NCBI GenBank assembly: GCA_946541845.1
Contig: CAMNJW010000004.1
Coordinates: 2,837-34,836, forward strand
Direction: 5' to 3'
Length of the DNA stretch: 32,000 nucleotides
DNA from: an uncultured Methanobrevibacter sp.
GTDB lineage: Archaea; Methanobacteriota; Methanobacteria; Methanobacteriales; Methanobacteriaceae
Made by a program: the position numbers and the translations under genes. The first letter of the stretch is position 1; every line of letters begins with the position of its first letter. The notes under the pieces were generated by a model. It saw only the letters and a program-made list of their open reading frames with translations. It was not told the DNA's origin and ran no database searches. Shown one piece after another: positions 22,034 through 32,000 of this stretch.

Positions 22034-22759
22034 CTACTTCCCGTTTCTTTTCTTTCTGTTTTTTGCCTTTTGAATTGGAGTCATATACAACAATTCTTTT
22101 TTTTCTTTTTTATTTAATGAATTTGCATCAAATGAATAGTCTTTATTCCTGTTGAATGAGTTATCCTCATACGAATAATCATGATTAGGATTAAATGAAT
22201 TGTCCTCATAATAATAATCATCATTTCTATTGAATGAATAATCATCATAGGAATAGTCACGATTACCATTAAATGAATTGTTATTGTATGAATATTCAGG
22301 ACGTCTATTGAAAGAATCTGTTATAATCGTATCGGAATCCTTTTCTTCTTTGAAATAATGTTCATCCGTACCTTTCCCCATGAGTTTTTCAAATAATCTT
22401 TTAAGCATGAGTCCTATTACGGAAAAGATACCGCATACCACTATTGTTATTATTACTGGAATTATCCACCCCATAAGTAGGTTGGAGTATACTGTTGCTG
22501 TTGAAACCGTTATAGGAATACTTTCTCTAGGCATATAGTTTATTAAAAACAAGCTTGAAGGATAAGTTATTATATAACTTAAAGTTGCGTATAGTATTCC
22601 TGTGAATACTGCACTTTTTTTACTTCCGCAAATTATGGGCATGATAATACCTATGGCAAGGAGTATTGTGAAATAGTTTACACCCATCCTAGTTACATGT
22701 ATAGCTAATATCGCCACAATTAGAATACTTAATTTTTTTAATATGTTCATCAAAGTCAT
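22034..22759 (-). CDS. Membrane protein with Tyr/Asn/Asp-rich tandem-repeat tail
   Basis: 241 aa. About four hydrophobic segments in the N-terminal 120 aa, then a hydrophilic repeat tail. Confidence 0.75.
   Translation of the reverse strand: MTLMNILKKLSILIVAILAIHVTRMGVNYFTILLAIGIIMPIICGSKKSAVFTGILYATLSYIITYPSSLFLINYMPRESIPITVSTATVYSNLLMGWIIPVIITIVVCGIFSVIGLMLKRLFEKLMGKGTDEHYFKEEKDSDTIITDSFNRRPEYSYNNNSFNGNRDYSYDDYSFNRNDDYYYEDNSFNPNHDYSYEDNSFNRNKDYSFDANSLNKKEKKELLYMTPIQKAKNRKKRNGK
22112..22300 (-). repeat. Five in-frame tandem units of about 13 aa (39 nt), consensus xDYSYxDNSFNxN
   Basis: PEYSYNNNSFNGN / RDYSYDDYSFNRN / DDYYYEDNSFNPN / HDYSYEDNSFNRN / KDYSFDANSLN. Confidence 0.85.
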
Positions 22760-22878
22760 TAATTTTTCCTTCCGATTTACAAGTTTTATTTGTCAATTAT
22801 ATATAGTTATTTATTATAAATAAATTAAATATTTTGTTTTACAAACCTAATAATAACTAATATTGGAAGGGGATTATA

Positions 22879-23634
22879 ATTAAATTCAAAAGCATAGAAT
22901 ATCCTAGTAATGAAGATGCATACAATGTGATTCAGGAGGGCTTTGATAAAAAGGCAATGCTGCTTATTTTATCCAAATGTCATGTTGAATATGAAGGCCG
23001 AGCCCGCAGTATCCTTGAATCCGGAGACCGGTTGATATTAATTAAAAAGGATGGAACTTTTGCCATTCATCAGGAATTAAATTTGGATCCTGTTAACTGG
23101 CAGGCTCCCGGTTGTAAGAATAAGGTTTCTTTGACTGATGAAGGAATAATATTAACCAGTAAAAAAATCAAACCTAATGAAGAGATTAAGGTCTTCCTGG
23201 ATGAAGTGTATAATGTAACCTATTACAACTGTCTGGATACCAAAGATCTGGAGATAAGAGGTTATGAAAAACACATGGTTGATCTTGCATGGGAAAAACC
23301 TGAACTTATAGAAAAAGGATTCAGACCTACCCGAAGAGAATATCAGACAGAAAATGGTTTTATCGATTTGATGGGAACAGATTCCGAAGAAAAATTAATG
23401 ATATTGGAATTTAAAAGTAGAAAAGCCGGAATGAATGCTGTTAAACAATTAAAAAGATATGTTGATTGCTTTAAAGACAATAAAGAATTTGTTAGAGGTA
23501 TAATTGTAGCTCCAGACATTACCTTAAATGCTAAAGAAGAATTAGAATCATTACAGATGGAGTTTATAGCCATGGAAGCTCCTTTAAACTTAATTAAAGA
23601 CAATGCTTCAACATTAGACTCGTTCTTTAAATAA
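22879..23634 (+). CDS. nucS: Endonuclease NucS (start extended from the ORF-track GTG at 22927)
   Basis: ILSKCHVEYEGRARSILESGDRLILIKKDGTFAIHQ, GFIDLMGTDSEEKLMILEFKSRKAG, QLKRYVD and GIIVAPDITLNAKEELES motifs. In-frame upstream codons encode IKFKSIEYPSNEDAYN, which fits the NucS N-terminus, but with no ATG. Confidence 0.85.
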   Translation: MKFKSIEYPSNEDAYNVIQEGFDKKAMLLILSKCHVEYEGRARSILESGDRLILIKKDGTFAIHQELNLDPVNWQAPGCKNKVSLTDEGIILTSKKIKPNEEIKVFLDEVYNVTYYNCLDTKDLEIRGYEKHMVDLAWEKPELIEKGFRPTRREYQTENGFIDLMGTDSEEKLMILEFKSRKAGMNAVKQLKRYVDCFKDNKEFVRGIIVAPDITLNAKEELESLQMEFIAMEAPLNLIKDNASTLDSFFK

Positions 23635-23648
23635 AGAAAAAAAAGAGA

Positions 23649-24074
23649 TTACATTAAAAATTCATAATCCTCCCCATTTATACTTAAAAGTATTGCATCA
23701 ACGATACATGCAGTATTCCATCCAACCACCTTGGTGGCAACATCCTGCAAATCTTCAGGAATTTCTTCGGCACCGTATGGTCTGATGATGATAATTGCTT
23801 TTTCAAATGTCTGAGCATATCTTATGTGCTCACCAATAATTTGCTTATCACTTTCCCACAAACCAGATAAAACAATCAACGCATCACAATCGGCAATGGC
23901 CTCTGCATAACCTTCCTGGGAAACATCAGTTATGTCCTCCCATTTAAAAGCCTCTGTTGCTGACTCCAATCGTGACATGAAAGTATTGTAATCTTCACAA
24001 TCCTTTGGATAAGATATGAATAATTTCCATTTTTTTACATCATCTTCCGGGAATAAATCTAACAAGAAAATCAA
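23649..24074 (-). CDS. TIR-like domain protein (MTH538/ThsB-type, PF08937-like)
   Basis: 141 aa: KLFISYPKDCEDYNTFMSRL..., SQEGYAEAIADCDALIVLSGLWESDKQIIGEHIRYAQTFEKAIIIIRPYG resembles the flavodoxin-like TIR-like fold. Confidence 0.6.
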   Translation of the reverse strand: MIFLLDLFPEDDVKKWKLFISYPKDCEDYNTFMSRLESATEAFKWEDITDVSQEGYAEAIADCDALIVLSGLWESDKQIIGEHIRYAQTFEKAIIIIRPYGAEEIPEDLQDVATKVVGWNTACIVDAILLSINGEDYEFLM

Positions 24075-24334
24075 TCCTCCAGTAACGCATTGCGTTCAAC
24101 TTCTATTTCTTCACCAGTATCCTCATCATATAAAGTAAAACAATCGTTTGGACAGATACTTGCAGATGTTTCTATTTCATATATTGATTTAACTAATCCT
24201 TCAACAACATCATCATCCACAAATCCCCCCTCCATGTTCACCAGTTTTTGATCATCAAGAAACAATATTTGTGAAGGCTTTGTACATGCACCACAACCTC
24301 TACAATTAGCCCTGTCTATTTCAACTTCTATCAT
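24071..24334 (-). CDS. Single-cluster ferredoxin-like protein
   Basis: 87 aa with CRGCGAC...CPNDCF Cys spacing (CxxCxxC...C) and acidic composition. Confidence 0.85.
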   Translation of the reverse strand: MIEVEIDRANCRGCGACTKPSQILFLDDQKLVNMEGGFVDDDVVEGLVKSIYEIETSASICPNDCFTLYDEDTGEEIEVERNALLED

Positions 24335-24414
24335 TTATTTCACCTATTTTTTTACTTCTTATTAGTTATTTGTATAACTATAAAAATATAAATTATTATT
24401 TATATGGTGATAAT

Positions 24415-25245
24415 ATGAAAAAATTAAGTATTGCAAGTTGCCAAATGAATGTTGTGGATGACAAGGAAAAGAATGTGGAACATGCTGTGGAATTAATTAA
24501 CGAAGCATCATCCAATAATGTCGATTTAATTACATTACCTGAGATGTTCAACACACCATACTCAAATGACAAATTTATTGAAAATTCTGAAAAGGAAAAG
24601 GACAGCTATACCTTAAAGGCCATGTGTGAAGTAGCCAGGGAGAATGACATTTATTTACAGGCAGGTTCCATAGCTGAAAGAGATGATGAAAGAATTTACA
24701 ATACAGCTTATTTTATTGACAACAATGGAAAAATACTGGATAAACACCGAAAAATGCACATGTTTGACATTGACACCGAAAGCATGAAATTCACTGAATC
24801 CGAAACCCTTAGTCCTGGAAATAAGATTACCAGCATAAAAACGCCCCTTGCAAATATTTCCATTGCAATTTGTTATGACATACGATTTAATCAAATGTGG
24901 ACATTGATGAATGATTCCGACATAATACTGTTACCTGGTGCGTTTAATAAAACTACCGGGCCGTTACACTGGGAAACATTGATTAGAGCAAGAGCAATAG
25001 ACAATCAAACTTATGTGGTTGCAACATCACCCAGCCAAGTTGAAAACCCATACTATGTTGCATGGGGACATTCCATGATTGTTGATCCATGGGGAAAAAT
25101 ATTGTCCAAAGCCCATGAAAAAGAGGAAATTCTATATGCCACTTTGACACCGGAATCCATTAATTCGGTACGACAACAAATCCCAATACTTAAAAATAAA
25201 AGAAATGACATTTACGAGACAATATATAAAAAAAATAAAAATTAG
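24415..25245 (+). CDS. Carbon-nitrogen hydrolase (nitrilase/omega-amidase family)
   Basis: MKKLSIASCQMNVVDDKEKN, LPEMFNTPYSNDKF, KMHMFDID (Lys), NISIAICYDIRFNQM (Cys). GGTGAT precedes ATG 24415; the ORF-track start at 24370 is a TTG. Confidence 0.93.
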   Translation: MKKLSIASCQMNVVDDKEKNVEHAVELINEASSNNVDLITLPEMFNTPYSNDKFIENSEKEKDSYTLKAMCEVARENDIYLQAGSIAERDDERIYNTAYFIDNNGKILDKHRKMHMFDIDTESMKFTESETLSPGNKITSIKTPLANISIAICYDIRFNQMWTLMNDSDIILLPGAFNKTTGPLHWETLIRARAIDNQTYVVATSPSQVENPYYVAWGHSMIVDPWGKILSKAHEKEEILYATLTPESINSVRQQIPILKNKRNDIYETIYKKNKN

Positions 25246-25278
25246 TGGAAAAAAGGGATTGGAGATTATACTATTTTT

Positions 25279-25860
25279 TTAACTTTTTTTCTTTTTTGGT
25301 TTTGGATCTATTTTTTTAAGAGCTTTGTTTGCTACTTTTTTGAATTCTTTATCACCGGTAGCTGCCCTTCTAGCCTTTTTAATAGGATCTATTGCTTTTT
25401 CATCCCCAATATCACCTAAAGCTTTTGTTGCTGAAGTTCTTACTCCCCAATCATCATCAGTAAGTAACTCAATTATAGGATCTACTGCTGTCTTTACTTC
25501 CATTTCACCCAATGCTTTAGCTGCAAACTTTCTTATTGCAAAATCTTCAGAACTTAATGCATCAATAAGTTCTTGTGCTACGGTGTCATCACCAATATCC
25601 TTTAAGGCCAGAATAGCATATTTTTGAACAGATGGGTTATCAGAACTTAAAGCTGTTATTAATGGTTTGATTGACTCTGTTCCTATTTCTGCCAAGGATT
25701 TTGCAGCCTGGAATCTTACATGCGGATTTTTATCTGTGAATGTGTCTATTAATAATGGAATTCCTTCTTCAGGATATTCAATCAGGTCTTTACATGCTTC
25801 TTGTCTTACTTCATAGTTTTCATCGGCAAGCTTTTCTTCAATTGCAATCATATCTGTCAT
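25279..25860 (-). CDS. HEAT-repeat (PBS lyase HEAT-like) protein
   Basis: 193 aa with about five degenerate ~31-aa repeats of the form [29 protein letters not shown]. Confidence 0.93.
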   Translation of the reverse strand: MTDMIAIEEKLADENYEVRQEACKDLIEYPEEGIPLLIDTFTDKNPHVRFQAAKSLAEIGTESIKPLITALSSDNPSVQKYAILALKDIGDDTVAQELIDALSSEDFAIRKFAAKALGEMEVKTAVDPIIELLTDDDWGVRTSATKALGDIGDEKAIDPIKKARRAATGDKEFKKVANKALKKIDPKPKKKKS

Positions 25861-26006
25861 AATAATTATTCCCTTTGTATCCCCATAGGATACTTCTATG
25901 GTTATATATCTATTAAAAAGTACTTAATAATATTATTTATAAAATTCTTTTGTCATAAAAAAATGAAATAATATATTTTAACAATTTGTTTTAACAAAAT
26001 ATTATT

Positions 26007-26741
26007 ATGAATTTATCTACTGAAATATATGGTGCCCAAATAATCAACAAGGCCTTGAAAATTGATGATACACTCATCATATCCGATTTACATTTCGGTT
26101 ATGAAACATCCCTGAACAGTCAGGGTTTAATGATTCCCCAATACCAGTTTGACAAGGTTATAGATTCACTTGATGCCATTCAGGAAAAGGCAAATGCGGA
26201 TAAAATAATACTTAACGGAGACATCAAACATAACTTCGGCAGCATCAGCAAACAGGAATGGAAAGAGGTTTTGAGTTTTATTGATTATTTGTCAGATATT
26301 TATGTAGATATCAAAGTTATTAAAGGAAATCACGATAATTTCACCCAATATATCTTAAACAAGAGAGATATCATACTGGAAGATGAAATTACTATGGGAA
26401 AATACTTTATAACACACGGACACAATATTCCAAAAAGCATTCCGGAAGATATTGAAACGATTATAATAGGCCATGAACATCCATGCATAGGTATTCGTAA
26501 TCAGGAACGTGTGGAAAAGGTTAAAACGTTTTTAAAGGGAAGCTGGAATGATTACAATCTAATTGTCACACCCTCTTTTAACCACATCAGTCATGGTTCC
26601 GATGTTTTACATGAAAAAACCATTTCACCCTTTATTGGTGACATTTTAAGTTTTGAAGCATATGCTGTTGAGGGTGATGAAGTATTTGACTTTGGTACTA
26701 TAAGGGACATTCTACATGTAGAAAGAGATGAAAATTATTAA
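26007..26741 (+). CDS. Metallophosphoesterase (calcineurin-like)
   Basis: 244 aa with ISDLHFGYE, LNGDIKHNFG, IKGNHDNFT, ITHGHNIP and IIGHEHPCI. Confidence 0.95.
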   Translation: MNLSTEIYGAQIINKALKIDDTLIISDLHFGYETSLNSQGLMIPQYQFDKVIDSLDAIQEKANADKIILNGDIKHNFGSISKQEWKEVLSFIDYLSDIYVDIKVIKGNHDNFTQYILNKRDIILEDEITMGKYFITHGHNIPKSIPEDIETIIIGHEHPCIGIRNQERVEKVKTFLKGSWNDYNLIVTPSFNHISHGSDVLHEKTISPFIGDILSFEAYAVEGDEVFDFGTIRDILHVERDENY

Positions 26742-26753
26742 GAGGATGAAAAC

Positions 26754-29351
26754 TTGAATATTGAATATGATGATGAGCATATACATAGCTTACTGCACCC
26801 TTACGTTAGCAAATGGTTTAAAAGCAGATTTGAAACATTTACTGATGCTCAAAGACAAGCAATTCCCCACATTAATGCCGGAAAAAATATCCTGATACTC
26901 TCTCCCACAGGTTCCGGAAAAACATTGACTGCCTTTTTAGCCATTTTATCCGGCCTTACAAGTCTTAGTCAACGCAACATGTTGGAGGAGAAGGTTTATT
27001 GTATTTACATCTCCCCCCTTAAGGCTTTGGACAATGACATTTTTAAGAACTTGGAAGAACCTATTAACGGAATCAATGATGTTGCAGGATATGATATTGG
27101 AATAAGACAGGCAGTCAGAACAGGGGACACCACCCAATATCAGCGTTCCAAAATGTTAAAGCATCCTCCACACATTTTAATCACAACACCTGAAACATTA
27201 TCCATTCTTCTTGTTGCTCCCAAGTTTCGGGAAAAACTCAAGAGTGTCAGATATGTGATTATTGACGAAATTCATTCCCTTGCGGAAAATAAGAGAGGTA
27301 CACACCTTAGTCTAAGTTTAGAACGTTTAAATGAATTGACTGGTGGTTTTACCAGGATTGGATTAAGTGCGACAGTAAGCCCTCCCGATGAAATCGCCAC
27401 ATTCCTTTCAGGATACTCATGGGGACAAAAGAGGGAATGTGAAATAATAAACGTTAATTATATCAAACAGTTGGATATGAAAGTTTTATGTCCTGTTGAA
27501 AATATTATTGAAACAGATCAGGAAACTTTAACCAATGAACTTTACAAGTTACTGCACAAATTAATTCAACAACATAAAACCACACTCATCTTTACAAATA
27601 CAAGAAGTGGAGCCGAAAGCGTTTCTTATAAATTAACACAACATTTTCCAAAATATTATAATTCCAATAATGTAATGGCACACCATTCTTCCCTATCCAA
27701 GGAGGTTAGACTGGAAACTGAAAATCAGCTAAAAGATGGGAATCTAAAAGTTGTTGTAAGCAGTACGTCACTTGAATTAGGTATTGATATCGGTTATATT
27801 GACCTGGTAATACTGATAAGTTCTCCAAAATCAGTATCCAGAGCATTACAAAGAATTGGACGAAGTGGACATCAGTTACACGAAAAATCAAAGGGACGAA
27901 TGGTTGTTGTTAACAGGGATGACCTGGTTGAATGCAGCCTGATATTGAAAAATGCCATGGAAGGAAAAATAGATCGAATCAACATTCCACGAAAATGTTT
28001 GGATGTTTTAAGCCAACATCTTTATGGAATAGCCATTGAAGGCAGACAAAACATAAAACATATATTCCACCTTATTAAACAGGCAATGCCCTATAAAGAT
28101 TTGAGTTGGGAGGAATATGAACAGGTTCTTCGCTATCTTGCAGGAGAATATTCCAAACTTGAGCAAAGATATGTTTATGCGAAAATATGGGTTGATTGGG
28201 AAACAAATACCTTTGGTAAACGTGGAAAACTAGCAAGAGTACTTTATTCCACGAATGTTGGAACAATTGCAGATAGAAGTCATGCCAAAGTCAAGTGTAA
28301 CGGCCAAATTATTGGAAACATTGACGGAGACTTTATGGAACGCTTGCATAAGGGTGACACATTCGTGCTTGGAGGAAGAGTTTATCAGTTTAAGTATGCC
28401 AGAGGCATGACTGTTACAGTTGTTCCTAGCGGCAGCACTCCGACAATTCCTTCATGGGTTTCTGAACAGTTACCATTATCTTATGACATTGGTATTGCAA
28501 TTCAGAACTTTAGAGCAATAATGGAATGGAAACTGTCAACAAATCTTTCCCAGGATGAAATAATTGAATATATTAAGGATTATCTGTATGTTGATGAAAA
28601 CTCTGCCAGTTCAATCTATTATTATTTCGTAGAACAGTATTTGTATAGTGAAATTCCATCAAAAAACAAGTTACTCATTGAATATTATACCGGATTTGGT
28701 GGCAGAAAATTTGTTGTATTCCATTCATTATATGGTAGACGAGTAAATGATGCTTTAAGCAGAGCCGTGGCATACATCATTGCTCAACGTTATCATAGGG
28801 ATGTTATGATAAGCATTGATGACAATGGTTTTTATTTAAGCAGTGACTCCAAAATTGGTGGGGCAGAGGCTTTTGATGAATTAAATAGTGAAAATATAAG
28901 AGAAATATTAATTCAAGCCATTGATAAAACTGAAACCTTGGCAAGCCGTTTTAGAGATTGTGCTAACAGGTCCCTGATGATTTTACGTCGTTATAAAGGA
29001 CGTGAAAAAAGTGTTGGCCGACAACAGGTTACAAGCAAGATCCTTCTAAACTTTGTTAAAGAGGTTGATGACCATTTCGCCATCCTTGATGAGGCAAGAC
29101 GTGAAGTTATTGAAGATTATATGGACATTAAACATGCACAGGAAGTTTTAAAATCCATTGAAGAACAAAAAACGGTGATAAAAACTGTTGATACAACTAT
29201 CCCAACCCCTTTTGCATTTAATTTAGTTTCAAGAGGATATCTTGATGTTTTAAAATATGAAGAACGTGCAGAATTTATTCGAAGGATGCATAAGGCAATC
29301 ATTGATAAAATAAAAGAAAAAAAGAATGATACTCTGAGAAAAGTTAAATAA
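26754..29351 (+). CDS. lhr: Lhr-family DEAD/DEAH-box helicase
   Basis: 865 aa with [15 protein letters not shown] (Walker A), [25 protein letters not shown] (DEIH), [18 protein letters not shown]-like [42 protein letters not shown]. Confidence 0.95.
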   Translation: MNIEYDDEHIHSLLHPYVSKWFKSRFETFTDAQRQAIPHINAGKNILILSPTGSGKTLTAFLAILSGLTSLSQRNMLEEKVYCIYISPLKALDNDIFKNLEEPINGINDVAGYDIGIRQAVRTGDTTQYQRSKMLKHPPHILITTPETLSILLVAPKFREKLKSVRYVIIDEIHSLAENKRGTHLSLSLERLNELTGGFTRIGLSATVSPPDEIATFLSGYSWGQKRECEIINVNYIKQLDMKVLCPVENIIETDQETLTNELYKLLHKLIQQHKTTLIFTNTRSGAESVSYKLTQHFPKYYNSNNVMAHHSSLSKEVRLETENQLKDGNLKVVVSSTSLELGIDIGYIDLVILISSPKSVSRALQRIGRSGHQLHEKSKGRMVVVNRDDLVECSLILKNAMEGKIDRINIPRKCLDVLSQHLYGIAIEGRQNIKHIFHLIKQAMPYKDLSWEEYEQVLRYLAGEYSKLEQRYVYAKIWVDWETNTFGKRGKLARVLYSTNVGTIADRSHAKVKCNGQIIGNIDGDFMERLHKGDTFVLGGRVYQFKYARGMTVTVVPSGSTPTIPSWVSEQLPLSYDIGIAIQNFRAIMEWKLSTNLSQDEIIEYIKDYLYVDENSASSIYYYFVEQYLYSEIPSKNKLLIEYYTGFGGRKFVVFHSLYGRRVNDALSRAVAYIIAQRYHRDVMISIDDNGFYLSSDSKIGGAEAFDELNSENIREILIQAIDKTETLASRFRDCANRSLMILRRYKGREKSVGRQQVTSKILLNFVKEVDDHFAILDEARREVIEDYMDIKHAQEVLKSIEEQKTVIKTVDTTIPTPFAFNLVSRGYLDVLKYEERAEFIRRMHKAIIDKIKEKKNDTLRKVK

Positions 29352-29491
29352 AATTTTTAATTTAACTTAAAAACACTAATAAAAACTGTTAACACATTAT
29401 TTGATTAAAAATATTTATACAAATACTTTTAAAATAGAAACGATATAAATACGATAAGAAATTTATTTAGAATGATTGGGAGAAAGTTTAA

Positions 29492-30493
29492 ATGAAAAAT
29501 GATACATTATACCCTACTGATGAAATAACTGTTAAAGAAGAATTTTCTTCCTATTTTGAATTCAAAGACTTCCCAGGAGGTCATGAAACATCAATTAAGA
29601 TTCCAAACAAGTATGATGTAAACTTAAAAGTATACAATCTAATTCCCGGCGTTAGTGTAATCATTAACCATGCAAATCTTAAGGACAGATACAGGGAAAG
29701 CGATGATATGCTGGAATATGCCCATCCTGAGGATACTCTGCTGATTAATTTCATTAGAAGGGGACGTTGCCAACTGGAAGTCAATCCGGACAAATACATG
29801 TTTGTAAAAAACAATGATATCTACCTGTATATCAAAGAATCATTCCCCAATTCATTCTCATATCTTGGAGAAGTAACAATATATCACATACTGATAAACA
29901 GAAGACAGTTCAAGAAATTGTTAACAGAGTATACCCAGGAATATATGGATGTGATAAATTATTTCTTCAAAGAATGTGAAAAAGAAAAAAGTGTCATGTT
30001 TAAGGCACCTGAAAAAATCATAGAAATAATCGAAGAACTTGAAAAGACTAGATACAACAAAGAGATAACCAATCTGTTGTTATTTCAGTTAAAAACCATT
30101 GAAACAATCACATTTTTATATGAACTTGAAATAGAAGACGAAAAAATTAATCAAAGAACGTACTCCGATGCCACAATCAGGGTTGTCCGAAACATAAAAA
30201 ATTCCTTATCACGAAACATTGCAAGTTACGTTTCATTGGAAACACTCTCATTAAGTTACGGAATAAATCTTACAACACTTAAAAACTGTTTTAAGGACAT
30301 GTACGGAAAACCGTTATACACATGGTACAAGGAATACAAATTTTACAGAGCAAGAGAATTGATTAAAAATACGGATTATCCAATATCAAAAATTGCAAAT
30401 ATGATAGGATATAAAAGCAGCAGCAAATTTGCAAAATCATTCAAAAAAGAAATGGGTGTTCTACCATCAAGTTATCGTAAAAACAAAAAATAA
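29492..30493 (+). CDS. AraC-family transcriptional regulator
   Basis: 333 aa. C-term double HTH: NIASYVSLETLSLSYGINLTTLKNCFKDMYGKPLYTWYKEYKFYRARELIKNTDYPISKIANMIGYKSSSKFAKSFKKEMGVLPSSYRK. Confidence 0.93.
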   Translation: MKNDTLYPTDEITVKEEFSSYFEFKDFPGGHETSIKIPNKYDVNLKVYNLIPGVSVIINHANLKDRYRESDDMLEYAHPEDTLLINFIRRGRCQLEVNPDKYMFVKNNDIYLYIKESFPNSFSYLGEVTIYHILINRRQFKKLLTEYTQEYMDVINYFFKECEKEKSVMFKAPEKIIEIIEELEKTRYNKEITNLLLFQLKTIETITFLYELEIEDEKINQRTYSDATIRVVRNIKNSLSRNIASYVSLETLSLSYGINLTTLKNCFKDMYGKPLYTWYKEYKFYRARELIKNTDYPISKIANMIGYKSSSKFAKSFKKEMGVLPSSYRKNKK

Positions 30494-30606
30494 TCATTAA
30501 AATTTATCTTTTTTTGAAAAAAAAATCTATTAAATTATAATAATACTAATAAATGATTAAAAACATACATTATATTATATAATTATAAGTAATATAAGGA
30601 GATAAA

Positions 30607-32000
30607 ATGAATTATTTATTAGCAGTTATAATATTAATTTATATTGCAATGATGGTTCTGGTAGGTTATATTGCTTGGAAACGTACAAGTAGTAATGAGG
30701 ATTACTTAGTCGCAGGACGTAAAACAAGTTCATTTGTTATGGCTTTAAGTTATGGAGCAACATTTATTAGTACTGCGGCAATTGTAGGTTTTGGTGGTTT
30801 AGCAGGTACTAATGGTATGGGAATACTATGGCTTGTATTTTTAAATATTGCCGTGGGTATTTTCATAGCTTTCGTATTCTTCGGAAAACCAACAAGAGCA
30901 ATAGGAAAATATTTAAATGCATTGACTTTTCCAGAATTTTTATCCAAAAGATTCAACAGTAAATTCATACAATATTTCAGTGGATTGTTAATCTTTTGTG
31001 CAATGCCAGTATATGCAGCAAGTGTGTTAATCGGTGCTGCAAGATTTTTAGAAACAACATTGAGTATGGAATTCCAGATTGCTATCATTATATTAGCAGT
31101 AATCATAGGATTTTATGTGATATTCGGTGGATTGAAAGGTGTTATGTACACTGATGCGTTACAAGGCGTAATCATGTTTGTCGGAATGCTTGTTTTATTA
31201 ATAAGCATTTACTGGATACTTGGAGGAGTAACAGAAGCACACACATTACTTACAAACATGGCTCCATTATTCCCTGAAAGTGCAAAGGCAACTGGTGCTA
31301 CAGGTTGGACAACCTTCCCTAAAGTCGGCAGTGTATTCTGGTGGAACCTGGTAACATCAATCATAATGGGTGTTGGAATCGGAGCTATAGCTCAACCACA
31401 ACTTGCCGTAAGATTCATGACAGTTAACAGTAACCGTGAATTGAACAGAGCAGTTCTTATAGGTGGAATTTTCATATTTGTTGCTACCTTCTCAGCATAT
31501 GTGGTTGGATCATTATCAAATGTATACTTCTACCAAACAACCGGACAAATAGCAATAGAAGCAGCTGGAGCAAACGTGGATAAAATCATACCTACATTCA
31601 TCAGTTCAGCAATGCCTGAATGGTTCACATATGTATTCACACTTACATTATTATGTGCTGCAATGAGTACATTAAGTACCCAGTTCCACGCACAAGGTTC
31701 TGCAATAGGTCACGATTTATACGCAGCAAACAAAAGCGGTAAAACAGAAAGTTTAAGTGTGACACGTATTGGTATATTAATCGGTATCATACTAGCTGTG
31801 GTATTGGCTTTCATATTACCTGGAGGAGTAGTTGCACAGGGAACTACCATTTTCTTCGGTATCTGTGCAGCAGCATTTATGCCTGTTTACATATGTGCAC
31901 TCTTCTGGAAACGTACAACCAAACAGGGAGCTATAGCAGGTATTCTTAGTGGAACGGCTGTAAGCTTATTCTGCCTACTGTTCACCCACCAAAAAGAAGC
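30607..32000 (+). CDS. Sodium:solute symporter (SSF) family transporter, C-terminus cut by window edge
   Basis: ATG at 30607, MNYLLAVIILIYIAMMVLVGYIAWKRTSSNEDYLVAGRKTSSFVMALSYGATFISTAAIVGFGGLAG... open to the window end. Confidence 0.92.
   Translation, partial: MNYLLAVIILIYIAMMVLVGYIAWKRTSSNEDYLVAGRKTSSFVMALSYGATFISTAAIVGFGGLAGTNGMGILWLVFLNIAVGIFIAFVFFGKPTRAIGKYLNALTFPEFLSKRFNSKFIQYFSGLLIFCAMPVYAASVLIGAARFLETTLSMEFQIAIIILAVIIGFYVIFGGLKGVMYTDALQGVIMFVGMLVLLISIYWILGGVTEAHTLLTNMAPLFPESAKATGATGWTTFPKVGSVFWWNLVTSIIMGVGIGAIAQPQLAVRFMTVNSNRELNRAVLIGGIFIFVATFSAYVVGSLSNVYFYQTTGQIAIEAAGANVDKIIPTFISSAMPEWFTYVFTLTLLCAAMSTLSTQFHAQGSAIGHDLYAANKSGKTESLSVTRIGILIGIILAVVLAFILPGGVVAQGTTIFFGICAAAFMPVYICALFWKRTTKQGAIAGILSGTAVSLFCLLFTHQKE

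Noticed and set aside
25325-25627. 100-aa + strand ORF antisense to HEAT-repeat gene
   Set aside because: Its repetitive look mirrors the HEAT repeats on the coding strand.
25279-25860. Possible DNA repeat array
   Set aside because: The periodicity is the approximately 31-aa HEAT motif at protein level, not a CRISPR or nucleotide satellite.

Overview
Archaeal chromosomal segment, AT-rich, whose gene content fits a Methanobacteriales methanogen (probably Methanosphaera-like; taxonomy inferred from content, not searched). About 30 protein-coding genes and one tRNA-Arg(GCG) are supported. Most are housekeeping or methanogen genes: tfrA-like fumarate reductase (left-edge partial), FAH-family hydrolase, hisG, CTP-dependent ribK, leuS, nadE, ArsA/Get3 ATPase, hisB, mtd, cfbB/cobB-type amidotransferase, thiI, DUF3781, nucS, ferredoxin, nitrilase-like amidohydrolase, HEAT-repeat protein, MPE plus Lhr helicase, an AraC-family regulator and a sodium:solute symporter (right-edge partial). 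Points worth following up: a domain-permuted CobQ/DTBS-like protein, a TIR-like (MTH538/ThsB-type) protein translationally overlapping a ferredoxin, a bacterial-type AraC regulator next to an SSF transporter in an archaeon, a likely non-AUG start for NucS, a split envelope-polysaccharide locus (Wzy-like, GT, Wzx-like), a 13-aa tandem repeat tail on a membrane protein, and tandem perfect hairpins after an orphan ORF. I see no CRISPR array, transposase, prophage or clear multi-gene defense island.
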